Positions 1-9,816 of a DNA stretch of 56,133 nucleotides are shown piece by piece. Source of the DNA: a virus (Duplodnaviria > Caudoviricetes); IMG/VR virus record IMGVR_UViG_3300024232_000014, positions 1-56,133 of that record. The stretch is one strand, 5' to 3'. Every line of letters starts with the position of its first letter. The first letter of the stretch is position 1. Position numbers and translations under genes: made by a program. The notes under the pieces were generated by a model, which saw only the letters and a list, made by a program, of their open reading frames with translations, had not been told where the DNA came from and searched no databases.

Positions 1-233
1 GAGGTGCCCGCGATGCCGCCCAGGAGCGCCACCCAGCCAGCCTGGACCAGCATGTTGCAGTCTTCGTCCAGCGTGACGCTGTACGGGTCCAGGCGCATCT
101 TCCTGAACTCGCCTGGCAGCACCTGGTGATTGCGCGCAGCCGGGTCGAGCCCGAGCCTGCGGATGGCGTACCGGGTCTGGTCCTCGTCCCAGCGCCGGAC
201 CAGGAGCGATGTCTTGACGCCGCCCATGCTCAT
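1..233 (-). CDS. minor tail protein, N-terminal part (runs off left edge)
   Basis: ATG at 233 with GGAGG RBS at 243-247; open to window edge (MSMGGVKTSLLVRRW...NMLVQAGWVALLGGIAG); follows tail genes. Confidence 0.6.
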   Translation of the reverse strand, partial: MSMGGVKTSLLVRRWDEDQTRYAIRRLGLDPAARNHQVLPGEFRKMRLDPYSVTLDEDCNMLVQAGWVALLGGIAGT

Positions 234-246
234 TTCTGCCTGCCTC

Positions 247-1233
247 CTAGCTGGTCACCGCGCGCTGGAGGAACTCGACGTCCATGATGACCAGCGCTCC
301 CTCGGTGACTTCGATTATGCCTGTGTTGGTGCCGTCCGTCGTCTGCGCGAGCTGGAGCGTTTGCGTTGTGTTGCGGACCGCAGCGGGGATGGTGACGTCG
401 GCTGCGCCGCTGATCGACATCACCTCGTACTCGGCCGCACCGCCGCCGAAGTTGATGGACACCAGACGTGACGGGAAAGTCACGTTAGGCGATCCGACCG
501 ATGCGCCGAATACCGGGTAGATGTTGCCGCGTGCGAAGCCGTTGCCGCCGCCGAGGAACACCGCGCTCGTGATGTCCCAGCGCATCTTGACGCCGGTCGC
601 CCACGCTGGCACGGCGATCTGCCAGCTCGCCACGGCTGGCCAGGCAGTCGGTGAGGTGCCGACTGTCCAGTTGGACGGCGAGCCCGGCCCGGCGGCCGTC
701 AGGATGGTCCGCTGCCGCTTGGGGTTAGCCACAGTCCGCAGGTCGGTGATGTAGCTCTGGAGCACAGTGCTGGCCGTGGCAGGCATGTCGATGCGCGCCA
801 GCGCGATGGCGCTCTGCCCGGCCGGTGGCGTGGTCGCGGAGCTGGATACGTTGCTGATGACGCGCGGGAATATCGTCTGCGCGCCGACCGAGCCGCCCCA
901 CGGCGAGCCCGCGAACGTGGGGTCTTCGACGCGGGCGATGATCATGTCCGAGCGCGGCGTGCCGGTGGTCGCCGCGATGGTCAGCGTGGAGTCGTTGCCG
1001 ACGTTGTAGCCGTAGTAGGTGCCCTGGTCGGCGACCTCGATGCCCTCGATCAGGAACTTGCCGTCGCTGATGAGGATGCCGAGGCTGGGGACTACCGTCT
1101 GGTTGACGATGCAGTCGAGCGGCCCGATGACGCCGCCGGGCGTCTCCATCGAGGCGGCTTCGAGCGCCAGCCGCCATAGCTGGCTGGTCTGGTTCCCGCC
1201 GTCGATGACGTAGGTAAGAGCGTTGAAGGTCAC
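247..1233 (-). CDS. minor tail protein
   Basis: Likely GTG start at 1233 overlapping upstream TGA (GTGA); TPRSDMIIARVEDP and IALARIDMPA..TV.QSYITDLR motifs typical of actinophage minor tail proteins. Confidence 0.75.
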   Translation of the reverse strand: MTFNALTYVIDGGNQTSQLWRLALEAASMETPGGVIGPLDCIVNQTVVPSLGILISDGKFLIEGIEVADQGTYYGYNVGNDSTLTIAATTGTPRSDMIIARVEDPTFAGSPWGGSVGAQTIFPRVISNVSSSATTPPAGQSAIALARIDMPATASTVLQSYITDLRTVANPKRQRTILTAAGPGSPSNWTVGTSPTAWPAVASWQIAVPAWATGVKMRWDITSAVFLGGGNGFARGNIYPVFGASVGSPNVTFPSRLVSINFGGGAAEYEVMSISGAADVTIPAAVRNTTQTLQLAQTTDGTNTGIIEVTEGALVIMDVEFLQRAVTS

Positions 1234-2156
1234 GAGCTGCCTCCGATGGACTGCCAGGCGCGACGGTACACGACAGAGCAGGTCGAGGTGGATACGCCCA
1301 GGTAATCGAGGCCTTCGTACTTGACGATGGTCTGCCCGACCGGGAGCTGCATGCCGATCAGCGCAGACGAGCCGAACATGCCCCCGGCCGCTGAGGCGGT
1401 GCCGATCACCATCGAGCGCACCCACGGACGCGTGTCGATGACCAGCGTCTGCCCTGGCCCCACCTTGCCGGTGTAGCCGATGTTGAGCGGGTAGTTCTCG
1501 TACGTCACCGACGGATTCTGGATCGGCCCGGTGATCTGGAAGACGGGCCAGGTAGGCAGGGTGCCGCTGTTGAGCACCGCTACCAGGTTCTGTAGGTTGC
1601 GCGGGATCGTGGTCGTCGGGAGCTTCACCGGCGCGATGATCGAGCTGAAGCCGCGCGCCTGGATCGGGATGACGACCGTGGTGGCCGCGTCGTCGTACCA
1701 GTTGTTGTCGGCGCACTGGAACTGGGCCACGAACGGCACCTGGCCGGTGTAGACCAGGCCCATGGTAGGCGTGATCTTCCGGCCGCGCCCGTAGGCCCTG
1801 CGGATGACGGACGAACCACGGTAGAAGGCGCGCAGCACCTGGTAGGAGTTGTTGACCAGGCGCGTGTACGGGTCGTTCCAGGCGCTTGCCAGGACGCTGT
1901 AGGCATCCAGTGCGAGCGAGCCCTGCGAGGGGCTGGTGTACGCCTTGCCGGTCTGCGTGACCACCATGCCGGGCAGCGTGTCGACGCCGAACAGCAGGCC
2001 GTCATGCCCGACCACCGGCTGGTCCTGGACGTTGACGCTGCCGGAGTCGGGCGTGGTCGAGTCGATCTGGATGAAACCGGCTCCCATACCGTAGGTGACC
2101 GCGCCGGTGCCGTCTGACCGCACGATCTGGTACTGGCCGGAGGTGATGTCCGTCAT
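1230..2156 (-). CDS. distal tail (Dit-like) minor tail protein
   Basis: Directly downstream of tape measure; NSGTLPTWPVFQITGPIQNP and GQTLVIDTRPW motifs. Confidence 0.75.
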   Translation of the reverse strand: MTDITSGQYQIVRSDGTGAVTYGMGAGFIQIDSTTPDSGSVNVQDQPVVGHDGLLFGVDTLPGMVVTQTGKAYTSPSQGSLALDAYSVLASAWNDPYTRLVNNSYQVLRAFYRGSSVIRRAYGRGRKITPTMGLVYTGQVPFVAQFQCADNNWYDDAATTVVIPIQARGFSSIIAPVKLPTTTIPRNLQNLVAVLNSGTLPTWPVFQITGPIQNPSVTYENYPLNIGYTGKVGPGQTLVIDTRPWVRSMVIGTASAAGGMFGSSALIGMQLPVGQTIVKYEGLDYLGVSTSTCSVVYRRAWQSIGGSS

Positions 2157-5047
2157 GCCGGCGCTCCCACGTAGCCCTGCATCTTGGCGACCTGGAGCTG
2201 GTAGTGAAGCTCGGAGAACGCCTGCGCGAGCGTCAGTCCCTCGGGCTGCATGATGTAGATGTTATTGGCGAGCTGGGACACGCCGCCCTGGCCGCTGCTG
2301 CTGCCGAACGGCGTGTTGCCTCCGCCGCTGGTCGGCACCACCCACTCCGGCTCCTTCTCCGCCAGGGTGTACATCTGGCCGGTCCTGGTGCCGTAGCCGA
2401 TAACCGGCTCGGACAGCAGGCCGCCCTTCGCCAGCCCGATGGCGTGCAGCGCCCCGCCGAGGAAGTGGCCGACGGCCGACCCGCCGGGAATGCTGTTCTC
2501 CAGGCCGCTGATCAGGGAGCCGATGGCGTTCTTGGCCAGGTTGTACAGGGCATCCGCCAGCCCGGACAGGGCATTGATGATCTTGCCCGGCAGCGACTCG
2601 AACCAGTCGACGACATCGAACAGGGCGTTGTGCAGCGGCTCGAAGAAATGCGACTCCAGCCAGTTCCACGCGGCGGAACCGGCCTTTGCCACGTCGGTGA
2701 TGATGGTCCGCCAGTGCTGGGCGAACTCGATTGCGCCGAGTGCCAGCAAGCCCGCCGGTCCGAGGAATACCAGGGCGAACTTGAAGTATTTAGTGACGAA
2801 TCCGACGACATCCCCGGTGATTCGCTTGATGGCTCCCCAGGTGACGTCCCAGGCTTTCTTGACCGCATTCAGCGAGTCAACGAAAGCGACCTTCAGATAG
2901 TGACCGATAGGGTCGAACACGTCATTCTTGAGGAAATTCCAGGTCGCTCCTGCTACTTCCTTGATGAACTTCCAGACGGTTCCCCAGTGCTTGACCAGCT
3001 CGACGATGGCGACAACGAGCAGCGCCACCGCAGCGATTACCAGGCCTATCGGGTTGGCTAGCAGCTCAGCGTCGAGAATTGCCTGGACGACTGCCCAGGC
3101 CTTGATTCCGAGGACGATTGCCCCGATTGCCAGGGCTATTGCCGTCAGCACAGGTGCAGGGATGGCGTCGATTATTGCCGTCAGTGCCGTGGCGATGTCA
3201 GTGATCAGGTGCACGACAACAGGGGTGAACAGCCCGAGGAGGGTCGAAAGAATCGGCACCACTGCTGGCAAGACGGCACTCAGGGCAGGAAGGATGGCCA
3301 TTGCCAGCTTGGTCAGCGGCGGGATGAGCTGGGTAATTGCCTGGATTACCGCGCCGGTGAAGGCGTTGAGGAACTGCTCGACGAATGGGATGAGCTGGGG
3401 CAGGATCTTGGCCAGCTCGCGCAGCACGCTCTCCACGAGCTTCGCCAGGGGCGGCAGTAGCTGGCTGACCAGGGCGATGCCGACCTTGGAGAAGATGAAC
3501 ACGATCTGGGAGAACAGGTCGATGACCGGCGGCAGCACGGGCAGCAGGATGCCGACCACGGTGTTGATGAAGGATGCCAGCGGCTTGGCGACCGCCTCGA
3601 TGATGTCGGCGATCTGGGCGAATACGCCCTTGTTCTCCAGCACGGTGAAGACCTGGCCGAACGCGTCGGCGAGCTTGACCAGGGACGGCGAGATGGCGTT
3701 CAGGAGCTGCGCCACGGGTGCCAGCGCGGAGATCAGGTCACCGAGGACGGCACCCGCGAACTCGGCGAAGATCTTGCCTACGACGGCGAGCACCGGCTCC
3801 AGGGACTTGATGATGGAAGCCAGGAGCTTGAAGGCAGGCGCGAGCGCGACCGCCAGTCCCGAGGCAAGGTCGCCGATGATCGGCAGTAGTCCTGTGACTA
3901 CTTTAAGTAGTGCCCCGAGGACAGTCGACGCCGGGCCTATGACCTTGGAGAACGCAGAAAACATCTCTGACAGGCCGGTGCCGATATCGCCCAGGAAGCT
4001 CTTGAATACGGCGAACGCCGGGGCAGCCGCCTTCAGGATCATCGTCAGGCCGGGCAGCAGGTTCTTGACCAGCATCTCCAGTCCGTCGACCAGCGGCTTG
4101 AGCAGCGGCGCGGCAGCGGAGAACACGGACTTGAGCTGGGGCCCTATGCCCGAGAAGAACTTGGGTATCTGGGCGAATACCTGCTGTAGCGGCTTGAGCA
4201 GCGGCTGGGCGGCTGCGGTGAATGTGCTCTCCAGGCTGGACAACATGGACTTGGCTTGTGCCTGGAGCTGGGCGTTGCTCTTGATGAGCAGGGCCGCGCC
4301 GCCGCCGAGCACGCCAGCGCCCGCGCCGATAGCGCCGAGCGCGGGAATGCCGCCGAGTGCCGCGCCGCCGAGGCCGAGGAGCGAGGCCCACTTGGCGTTC
4401 AGCCCGAGGATGCCCGGCGCGGCTGCGTTAAAGAGCTTGCCGCCGACTCCGCCGCCCCCTGGGCCGCCCCCGCCGGGCGGCAGGACGTCTCCGCCGCCGC
4501 CGCCTCCCTTGGTGCGGCGGAAGGAGAAGAACTTGCTCCAGAAGCCGCCTCCGCTGCGCGCAGCCTGGTCGTCGGCTCCCTGCTCGGCTGCCTGCGCTGC
4601 CTGCGCGCCCTTCTCCTTGGCGGTGGTCTTGTCGACGCCGAGCACAGAGTCGACAATCGTGTCCTGCTGCCTGGTCCTGACCGTCCGGGTGACCGGCGCG
4701 TTGATCATGCGCCCGAGCTGGCCCTGGGTGCCGGACTGGAGCGCGGTCGGCGAGCCGGTGACCGGGTGCGGGCTGAACAGCGCGTTCAGGGTGCCGAGGA
4801 CCGAGCCCTGCGGCGAGGACCGCAGCCGGTTCGCCGCGTCGCGCGAGAGCTGGTTGTCGAGCTGGGCGAACAGCGTGCGCGCCCGCCCGATCACCGACCC
4901 CTCGAACGCGGCGGTGATCTTGACCTTGTGCGGCTTGCGCTCGAAGTCCTCTACGCGCGCCTCGATGCGGTCCAGGTCCCTCTCGGCCTGGTCGAGCTTG
5001 ATGACGAGCCGCGCCTCGATCGCCCCTGCATCGAACACGGCCCGCAC
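2153..5047 (-). CDS. tape measure protein
   Basis: 964 aa, Ala/Leu/Gly-rich amphipathic repeats, ANPIGLVIAAVALLV..LVKHW motif, C-terminal LAKGG...AEKEPEWVVP; follows chaperone genes. Confidence 0.93.
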   Translation of the reverse strand: MRAVFDAGAIEARLVIKLDQAERDLDRIEARVEDFERKPHKVKITAAFEGSVIGRARTLFAQLDNQLSRDAANRLRSSPQGSVLGTLNALFSPHPVTGSPTALQSGTQGQLGRMINAPVTRTVRTRQQDTIVDSVLGVDKTTAKEKGAQAAQAAEQGADDQAARSGGGFWSKFFSFRRTKGGGGGGDVLPPGGGGPGGGGVGGKLFNAAAPGILGLNAKWASLLGLGGAALGGIPALGAIGAGAGVLGGGAALLIKSNAQLQAQAKSMLSSLESTFTAAAQPLLKPLQQVFAQIPKFFSGIGPQLKSVFSAAAPLLKPLVDGLEMLVKNLLPGLTMILKAAAPAFAVFKSFLGDIGTGLSEMFSAFSKVIGPASTVLGALLKVVTGLLPIIGDLASGLAVALAPAFKLLASIIKSLEPVLAVVGKIFAEFAGAVLGDLISALAPVAQLLNAISPSLVKLADAFGQVFTVLENKGVFAQIADIIEAVAKPLASFINTVVGILLPVLPPVIDLFSQIVFIFSKVGIALVSQLLPPLAKLVESVLRELAKILPQLIPFVEQFLNAFTGAVIQAITQLIPPLTKLAMAILPALSAVLPAVVPILSTLLGLFTPVVVHLITDIATALTAIIDAIPAPVLTAIALAIGAIVLGIKAWAVVQAILDAELLANPIGLVIAAVALLVVAIVELVKHWGTVWKFIKEVAGATWNFLKNDVFDPIGHYLKVAFVDSLNAVKKAWDVTWGAIKRITGDVVGFVTKYFKFALVFLGPAGLLALGAIEFAQHWRTIITDVAKAGSAAWNWLESHFFEPLHNALFDVVDWFESLPGKIINALSGLADALYNLAKNAIGSLISGLENSIPGGSAVGHFLGGALHAIGLAKGGLLSEPVIGYGTRTGQMYTLAEKEPEWVVPTSGGGNTPFGSSSGQGGVSQLANNIYIMQPEGLTLAQAFSELHYQLQVAKMQGYVGAPA

Positions 5048-5051
5048 CTCC

Positions 5052-5405
5052 CTAGCTAGCTGGCCTTCTTAGCTTCTCCAGGTCTTTCCTGCGCAGCTCT
5101 TCCAGCTCTTCCTTCATCTTCGCAAGGTCGATGACCTTTACGCCAGCGTCCACGTTCTCCCTGATAGTCGGGCCCTGCATGCCCGGCGTCAGGCCCTCCG
5201 CGCCGCTCCCCTCGACCATCCGGAACGGGATGTCCTCGTCCTCGGTCATGCCCTCCAGGTGGACCTGCTGGAGCCACCACGGCATGGCGATCCACTCGTC
5301 ATATGAAATTTTCAGGTACTTCTGTACTGCGTAGATGATGGTCCGGAGGCTTAGCGCTTCTGGCCGTTCGCCTGCGGCGCTCCACCTCCGGACACGACTT
5401 CCGGG
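5052..5405 (-). CDS. tail assembly chaperone, frameshifted C-terminal (GT-like) portion
   Basis: Frame of the 5052..5285 ORF stays open upstream through the chaperone 3' end in the -1 frame (LRTIIYAVQKYLKISYDEWIAMPWW); candidate slip site C CCG GAA at 5405-5399. Confidence 0.7.
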   Translation of the reverse strand, partial: PGSRVRRWSAAGERPEALSLRTIIYAVQKYLKISYDEWIAMPWWLQQVHLEGMTEDEDIPFRMVEGSGAEGLTPGMQGPTIRENVDAGVKVIDLAKMKEELEELRRKDLEKLRRPAS

Positions 5406-5770
5406 TCCATCACCTGCTCTTGCAGCCAGGCGTAGAAGATGTTCCTGATGCGCGGCGGCAGGGCGAGGAGCTGCTCCTCACTCGGCTTGCCCGAGCACAG
5501 GGCCGCGTACAGGACGGCCATCTTCTTGCCCATCGACAGCATGATCTCCGGGTCGAGCGAGTCGATGGCGTCCAGGAGCTGCGCCTGCGTGGCGTTCTCC
5601 GGCAGCGTCGGCACGTCCTTGCGGAGGTCGCTGGCCAGGGTCTTGACCGAGGCCAGGAACGTCGAGATCTGCGCGTCGGTCGGTTCCTTGATCGTCCCCT
5701 CGCACTGCACGAAGGGCATGAGCGTGAAGTCGAGCGGGTCAACGACGTTGCCCGCGTTGAATCCAGACAA
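5351..5770 (-). CDS. tail assembly chaperone (G-like)
   Basis: 139 aa between major tail and tape measure genes; overlapping -1 frame ORF. Confidence 0.8.
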   Translation of the reverse strand: MSGFNAGNVVDPLDFTLMPFVQCEGTIKEPTDAQISTFLASVKTLASDLRKDVPTLPENATQAQLLDAIDSLDPEIMLSMGKKMAVLYAALCSGKPSEEQLLALPPRIRNIFYAWLQEQVMDPEVVSGGGAPQANGQKR

Positions 5771-5791
5771 GGGCGGTGCGCTCCCTTTGGG

Positions 5792-6409
5792 CTAGCTGGT
5801 GGCGACGGCCGTGAGGTCCGTCCAGGTGATCGAGCTGAACTGGCAGATGGCCGACAGCGTGAGGGGGTAGAGCCTCTGCTGCGCGGCGCGACGGTACGCG
5901 GTCTGAACCTGCCCGGCGCTGACCACGACGGGAACGTACAGCACCCGCGCGAAGCCGAGCTGGTTCTTGCCGACCACGGCCATCGTGAGGGTGGCGAAGT
6001 TGGTGGAGAGGGTCAGCACCGACTTGCCGGGCTGGCCTGCGCCAGCCGCCGTGGTGGCGATCGAGCCGCCGTTGCCCCAGGTCAGGTTGATGTTGTTGAG
6101 GGTGTCCTCAGACAGGTTGGTGGTCACCTGAAGCTCGGCGGTCGACACCGAGACGCCGACGGGAGTCGGCTGCTCCTCGATGTTGATGTTCTGGGTCGTC
6201 GGGTTGAAGGTCAAAGTCAGACCGGCTTCGGTCGCTCCGACGTAGCTCCAGCCCAGGCCGAGCCAGGAGGTGCCGACGCCGAGGTTGGCGTCTGACGGGA
6301 CCGTCGCGCCAACGCCCGGCGAGGGGTTGGGCGCGGTGAAGAGGATGCCCGTGCCGTACAGCACGTTGAGCGTGTTGTAGGCCGGTGGGGTGTATGGCAG
6401 CGACGGCAT
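5792..6409 (-). CDS. major tail protein
   Basis: NVLYGTGILF..P, W.YVGATE.GLTLTF.P....I..EE, NLSEDTL.N motifs; position before chaperone. Confidence 0.85.
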   Translation of the reverse strand: MPSLPYTPPAYNTLNVLYGTGILFTAPNPSPGVGATVPSDANLGVGTSWLGLGWSYVGATEAGLTLTFNPTTQNINIEEQPTPVGVSVSTAELQVTTNLSEDTLNNINLTWGNGGSIATTAAGAGQPGKSVLTLSTNFATLTMAVVGKNQLGFARVLYVPVVVSAGQVQTAYRRAAQQRLYPLTLSAICQFSSITWTDLTAVATS

Positions 6410-6412
6410 GGC

Positions 6413-6766
6413 TTAGCCCTGTCCTTCCTCGATGAGCGTCACGCCAGCATCGTGCGCTGCCTGCGTGAGACCGGGAACCAGCAGCGCGTTCACCTGCGTG
6501 AACTCGCTTCCGATGTAGTGGCCGCCGTAGCTGAACGTCTCGTGCGGCGGTCCGACCTTCAGCCGGACCATCCCAGGGGCGAGCGGTGCCGCCGCCAGGA
6601 TGGCCTGCGCCTTGGCGCGCAGCTCGGCTGCCTGCTCGGCGGGAGACTTCTCCACAGGCTTTTCCGCAGCCTGTGGAGACTCCTCGGCCGCCGTGTCTGC
6701 CTGGTCGGGAGCTGGCGGAGCAGCGGGTACTGCCTGCTCGTCGGGTGTTTCCGGCATGGTGGTCAT
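6413..6766 (-). CDS. hypothetical virion-region protein
   Basis: ATG at 6766 (MTTMPETPDEQ) with GAGG RBS; fills gap between neighbours. Confidence 0.6.
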   Translation of the reverse strand: MTTMPETPDEQAVPAAPPAPDQADTAAEESPQAAEKPVEKSPAEQAAELRAKAQAILAAAPLAPGMVRLKVGPPHETFSYGGHYIGSEFTQVNALLVPGLTQAAHDAGVTLIEEGQG

Positions 6767-6770
6767 CCTC

Positions 6771-7256
6771 TCACGGAACCGCAGGAATGAGCTGGCACAG
6801 GCGGACCGTGAGCGTGGTGGTGTTCGTGAAGTCGATGCAGGTGTACCCGACTCCGCCAGCCCCGATGACTCCGCCGGGAGCGGAGCCGTACTGCGTGGAG
6901 TCGGTCTGCGTGAAGTCCTGCACCGAGAACGGCCCGATGATGAGGGGCACCGTGACGCTCGCGCCGATGGTGATGGTGGTGGCTGCCTGGTTGAAGGCGG
7001 GCAGCCCGCCGGGACCGCCGCCCTTGCGGCCGACCAGAACGTTCGCGGCGGTAGGCGTCGCGCCGTTGGTGACCAGCAGGAACTGGGTGCCGTTGTTGAC
7101 GTACTGGACGCCGAGCGGGCTGCCGACGCTGGCCCAGGAGACGAACGCGTTGCCGGTGCCCGTGGCATCGACACCTGGCCCGGACCCCTGCATGACGCTC
7201 AGGCCGCCGAGAGCCTGGGCGTTGATGGTGTACGCCGCGATGGAGAGTCTGGCCAT
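6771..7256 (-). CDS. hypothetical structural protein
   Basis: 161 aa Gly/Thr-rich, beta-rich; tightly packed in tail operon. Confidence 0.65.
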   Translation of the reverse strand: MARLSIAAYTINAQALGGLSVMQGSGPGVDATGTGNAFVSWASVGSPLGVQYVNNGTQFLLVTNGATPTAANVLVGRKGGGPGGLPAFNQAATTITIGASVTVPLIIGPFSVQDFTQTDSTQYGSAPGGVIGAGGVGYTCIDFTNTTTLTVRLCQLIPAVP

Positions 7257-7257
7257 C

Positions 7258-7686
7258 TCAGGCTCCTGTCTGGGAAATGATCATGTACGTGCAGGTGAAA
7301 TCGGTACGGCGGTCGGACGGGTCGAGCGGCATCGCGATCGGCGGGGAGCCGGGGCGGTAGACAAGCTGGATGTTAACGCCATCCACGTTCAGCGGGTAGC
7401 TCGCGTTCAGGATCATCACGTCGAGCTGCTGTGCCGCCAGCTCCGGGGAGAGCGAGTCGTCCGAGGGACCGCGCAGCCGCGACTGGAAGCCCCAGGCATC
7501 GAGCCCGGCCTCCTCGGTGATGAAGCCGGGTCCGGTGGTGGGCGTGAGGGTGATGAGCTTGTCAGGCGACTCGATGATCTCCGGTCCGGGAGACAGGACG
7601 TAGCCGGTCTCCTCGGTGTCGTCCCAGCCGATAACCCGCAGGAAGTCGATCAGCAGCTTGGTCTTGGGTACCGTGGGCAGGCTCAC
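7258..7686 (-). CDS. tail terminator-like protein
   Basis: 142 aa; PDKLITLT...GPG, FQSRLRG, D..DRR..F.C.Y pattern; synteny. Confidence 0.65.
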   Translation of the reverse strand: MSLPTVPKTKLLIDFLRVIGWDDTEETGYVLSPGPEIIESPDKLITLTPTTGPGFITEEAGLDAWGFQSRLRGPSDDSLSPELAAQQLDVMILNASYPLNVDGVNIQLVYRPGSPPIAMPLDPSDRRTDFTCTYMIISQTGA

Positions 7687-8213
7687 CGGCCCCTCCTCGG
7701 CGGAGGCTCAGTGTGGTGCTGCACGTGCCACCAGATCCAGCCCTTGAGCCGGTCCGGGAGGTCCAGGTACCTGATCCGCGACTTGATGCGCAGCTCTTCC
7801 TCGGTCAGCCGGTGCTGTTTCGGCTCGCGGTCGCGCAGGACCTCGCCGCCGGTGCCGTCGCCCAGGTAGCCGCCTGCGTGCACGGACGGGTGCCCGCTGC
7901 GCCGCAGGTCGGAGAACTCGACTGGGGCCAGCACTTCTACCTGGTCGGACAGGTGCTCGGCGTCGTCCATCAGCGCGCCCACGCCGCCATCGTGCAGGAC
8001 CGCCCTGGCGTACCTCTCGATGTAGTCGCGGTAGTGCCGGTTGAGCCCGTCCTCCAGGAACTTGGCCTGGCCGCCGCGCGGGTGCCTGAAGTGCAGGCCC
8101 TCGTGCTGGTAGTGGGCGTACACCTGGTCGACGACCACCGACGCCGTGAGCTTGCCGTCGCGCATGTGCGTCATGCGCCGCAGCTCGGCGAGGCGCTCGG
8201 AGAAGCTGCCCAC
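7683..8213 (-). CDS. neck / tail-completion protein (HK97 gp10-like)
   Basis: GTG at 8213; YAHYQHE..HF.HP.GGQAKFLE and APVE..DLRRSG motifs. Confidence 0.65.
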   Translation of the reverse strand: MGSFSERLAELRRMTHMRDGKLTASVVVDQVYAHYQHEGLHFRHPRGGQAKFLEDGLNRHYRDYIERYARAVLHDGGVGALMDDAEHLSDQVEVLAPVEFSDLRRSGHPSVHAGGYLGDGTGGEVLRDREPKQHRLTEEELRIKSRIRYLDLPDRLKGWIWWHVQHHTEPPPRRGR

Positions 8214-8215
8214 GG

Positions 8216-8755
8216 CTACCCCTGGTAGACGGGACCGCTGACAGGCGGCCAGTCGTTGTGGGGCACCCACATGTCGTACGGGGTGCTCGATTCCAGGGTG
8301 CCGGTCATCCGGTTGATCTGCGTGTTCGAGTCGTACCCGGTGAATACTGGCGGTATCCGGTTGATCACCAGGCCGATCTCCTGGTTGATCCCTCCGGCCG
8401 GTGCCGGGTCGAGCCGCAGCTTGCCGTCGCGCACGTCGTTGAGCATCTGCGTGGCGTTCTGGTACGCGATGAACACGGGATGCGTGTTCGGCATCGCCTT
8501 GTTCTTGAGGTACGTGCGGTAAGCCCAGAACGCAGCGAGGTCGAGCGCGAGATCGTGGAAGACAGGCGGAGGCTGGGCGTTGTCGTTCGACCCGTCCATG
8601 ATCGAGCCGAAGTACACCGAGATACGGCTGGACGCTGCCTGGAGCGCAAGCGTGAGCTGCGCGTCGGTCAGCTTGGCTGCCGTCCCGGTACCGTCGTCAG
8701 TGCCCTGGAGGGCCAGACGCAGGTCGGACACCGGGGCGTACAGCACAGGAGACAT
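8216..8755 (-). CDS. head-to-tail adaptor (Mu gp36/DUF1320-like)
   Basis: YA.VSDLR, AL..ASSRI..Y, LALDLAAFWAY, Y..A..ML.DV.DGK..L motifs. Confidence 0.8.
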   Translation of the reverse strand: MSPVLYAPVSDLRLALQGTDDGTGTAAKLTDAQLTLALQAASSRISVYFGSIMDGSNDNAQPPPVFHDLALDLAAFWAYRTYLKNKAMPNTHPVFIAYQNATQMLNDVRDGKLRLDPAPAGGINQEIGLVINRIPPVFTGYDSNTQINRMTGTLESSTPYDMWVPHNDWPPVSGPVYQG

Positions 8756-8759
8756 GGCG

Positions 8760-9002
8760 TCAGTTCTGCCCTGAGTTGTAGGGCTGCTGGCCGCCGCCCA
8801 TGAGGTTGGAAACGTTGCCGTTGCCGAAGGCGTAGGCCTCGTTGCACTGGGTGGCCGACATCGAGACGATGTTGCCGGACAGCGCGGTCGCCAGCGCCGA
8901 GCCGTTGGGCACGTCGATCACGGTGCCGCGCGGGATCACCTGGGAAACGCCGTCGTAGGTGATCGTGGTCTTGGCGGTGACGAGCTGCGGGTTGGCTGCC
9001 AT
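8760..9002 (-). CDS. small hypothetical virion-region protein (paralog of 9004..9201)
   Basis: RGTVIDVPNGSAL motif shared with neighbour. Confidence 0.6.
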   Translation of the reverse strand: MAANPQLVTAKTTITYDGVSQVIPRGTVIDVPNGSALATALSGNIVSMSATQCNEAYAFGNGNVSNLMGGGQQPYNSGQN

Positions 9003-9003
9003 C

Positions 9004-9201
9004 TCAGTCTCCTAGCGTCGAATGGTCTGCTACGTCGCTGTGCTGGTTGGGCGGCAGCGGCTGGAGGTTGCCTGCTCCCCCGTACGCGGTCCAGAGCGCA
9101 GATCCAGGCTCAACGTCGATGACCGAGCAGGCACGGACGTACCGCGTCTCCCTGTCCCAGGTGAGATTGAATCCGGTCTGGACAACGTACGGGCCTACCA
9201 T
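9004..9201 (-). CDS. small hypothetical virion-region protein
   Basis: SVIDVEPGSAL motif; tight spacing. Confidence 0.55.
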   Translation of the reverse strand: MVGPYVVQTGFNLTWDRETRYVRACSVIDVEPGSALWTAYGGAGNLQPLPPNQHSDVADHSTLGD

Positions 9202-9204
9202 GCG

Positions 9205-9804
9205 CTAGTTCGATACCGCTGCGGCCAGCGTGGACTGGCCTGCCTGGCTGTGCGCCGGGTACGGGAGCTGGGTGTTGTAGTTGACGTTCGCCTGCGTGTT
9301 CGACCCGTAGTAGCCGGGCGAGTATCCCTCGGTGATCGGGTTGCCCCAGGTCCAGGAGGTGGGAACCACCGTGTAGACCAGGGTGACCGTGCAGCCGGGC
9401 GGCAGGATGGTGACCTGCGGAGAGGACAGCGGGTTGCCGCTGATTCCGGCCACCAGGCCGCTCCAGACCCAGGTCGGGGTCGCCACGGTGTACGAGATCG
9501 AGATCGTGCCGCCAGCCGGGACCACGTACGTGCCGGCCGCCGCGCCGACGGCGGAGCCGTTGACCGTGACGGCGGAGATGGTCGCGCCGTTGGCCCCGAT
9601 CACCACCTGGACGGGGAAGCTGTTGTTGTTCGGCGCGGTGACCGTGGTGGCGGGCACTGCCGGGGTCGCGACGACCGGGGCAACCTGCGGGGCCACCAGG
9701 ACGCTCTGCACGGTGCCGCCGGTGATGGTCAGCGAGATCTGCTGGCCGGTGTTGTTCAGGACCGGCGTGCCGCTCGCCGGTAGGGTCGGCGCGGTGATGG
9801 TCAC
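9205..9804 (-). CDS. hypothetical structural protein with internal repeat
   Basis: 199 aa Thr/Val/Pro-rich; internal repeats (VVPAGGTISISYTVATPTWVW / ILPPGCTVTLVYTVVPTSWTW). Confidence 0.65.
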   Translation of the reverse strand: MTITAPTLPASGTPVLNNTGQQISLTITGGTVQSVLVAPQVAPVVATPAVPATTVTAPNNNSFPVQVVIGANGATISAVTVNGSAVGAAAGTYVVPAGGTISISYTVATPTWVWSGLVAGISGNPLSSPQVTILPPGCTVTLVYTVVPTSWTWGNPITEGYSPGYYGSNTQANVNYNTQLPYPAHSQAGQSTLAAAVSN

Positions 9805-9816
9805 GGGTAAGCCTCC

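Noticed and set aside
1234-1716. N-terminal extension of the 489-aa ORF (similar over-extended starts at 7174, 18333, 29082, 29360 and 51759)
   Set aside because: Overlaps a real upstream gene in another frame; internal starts with stop/start overlaps fit better
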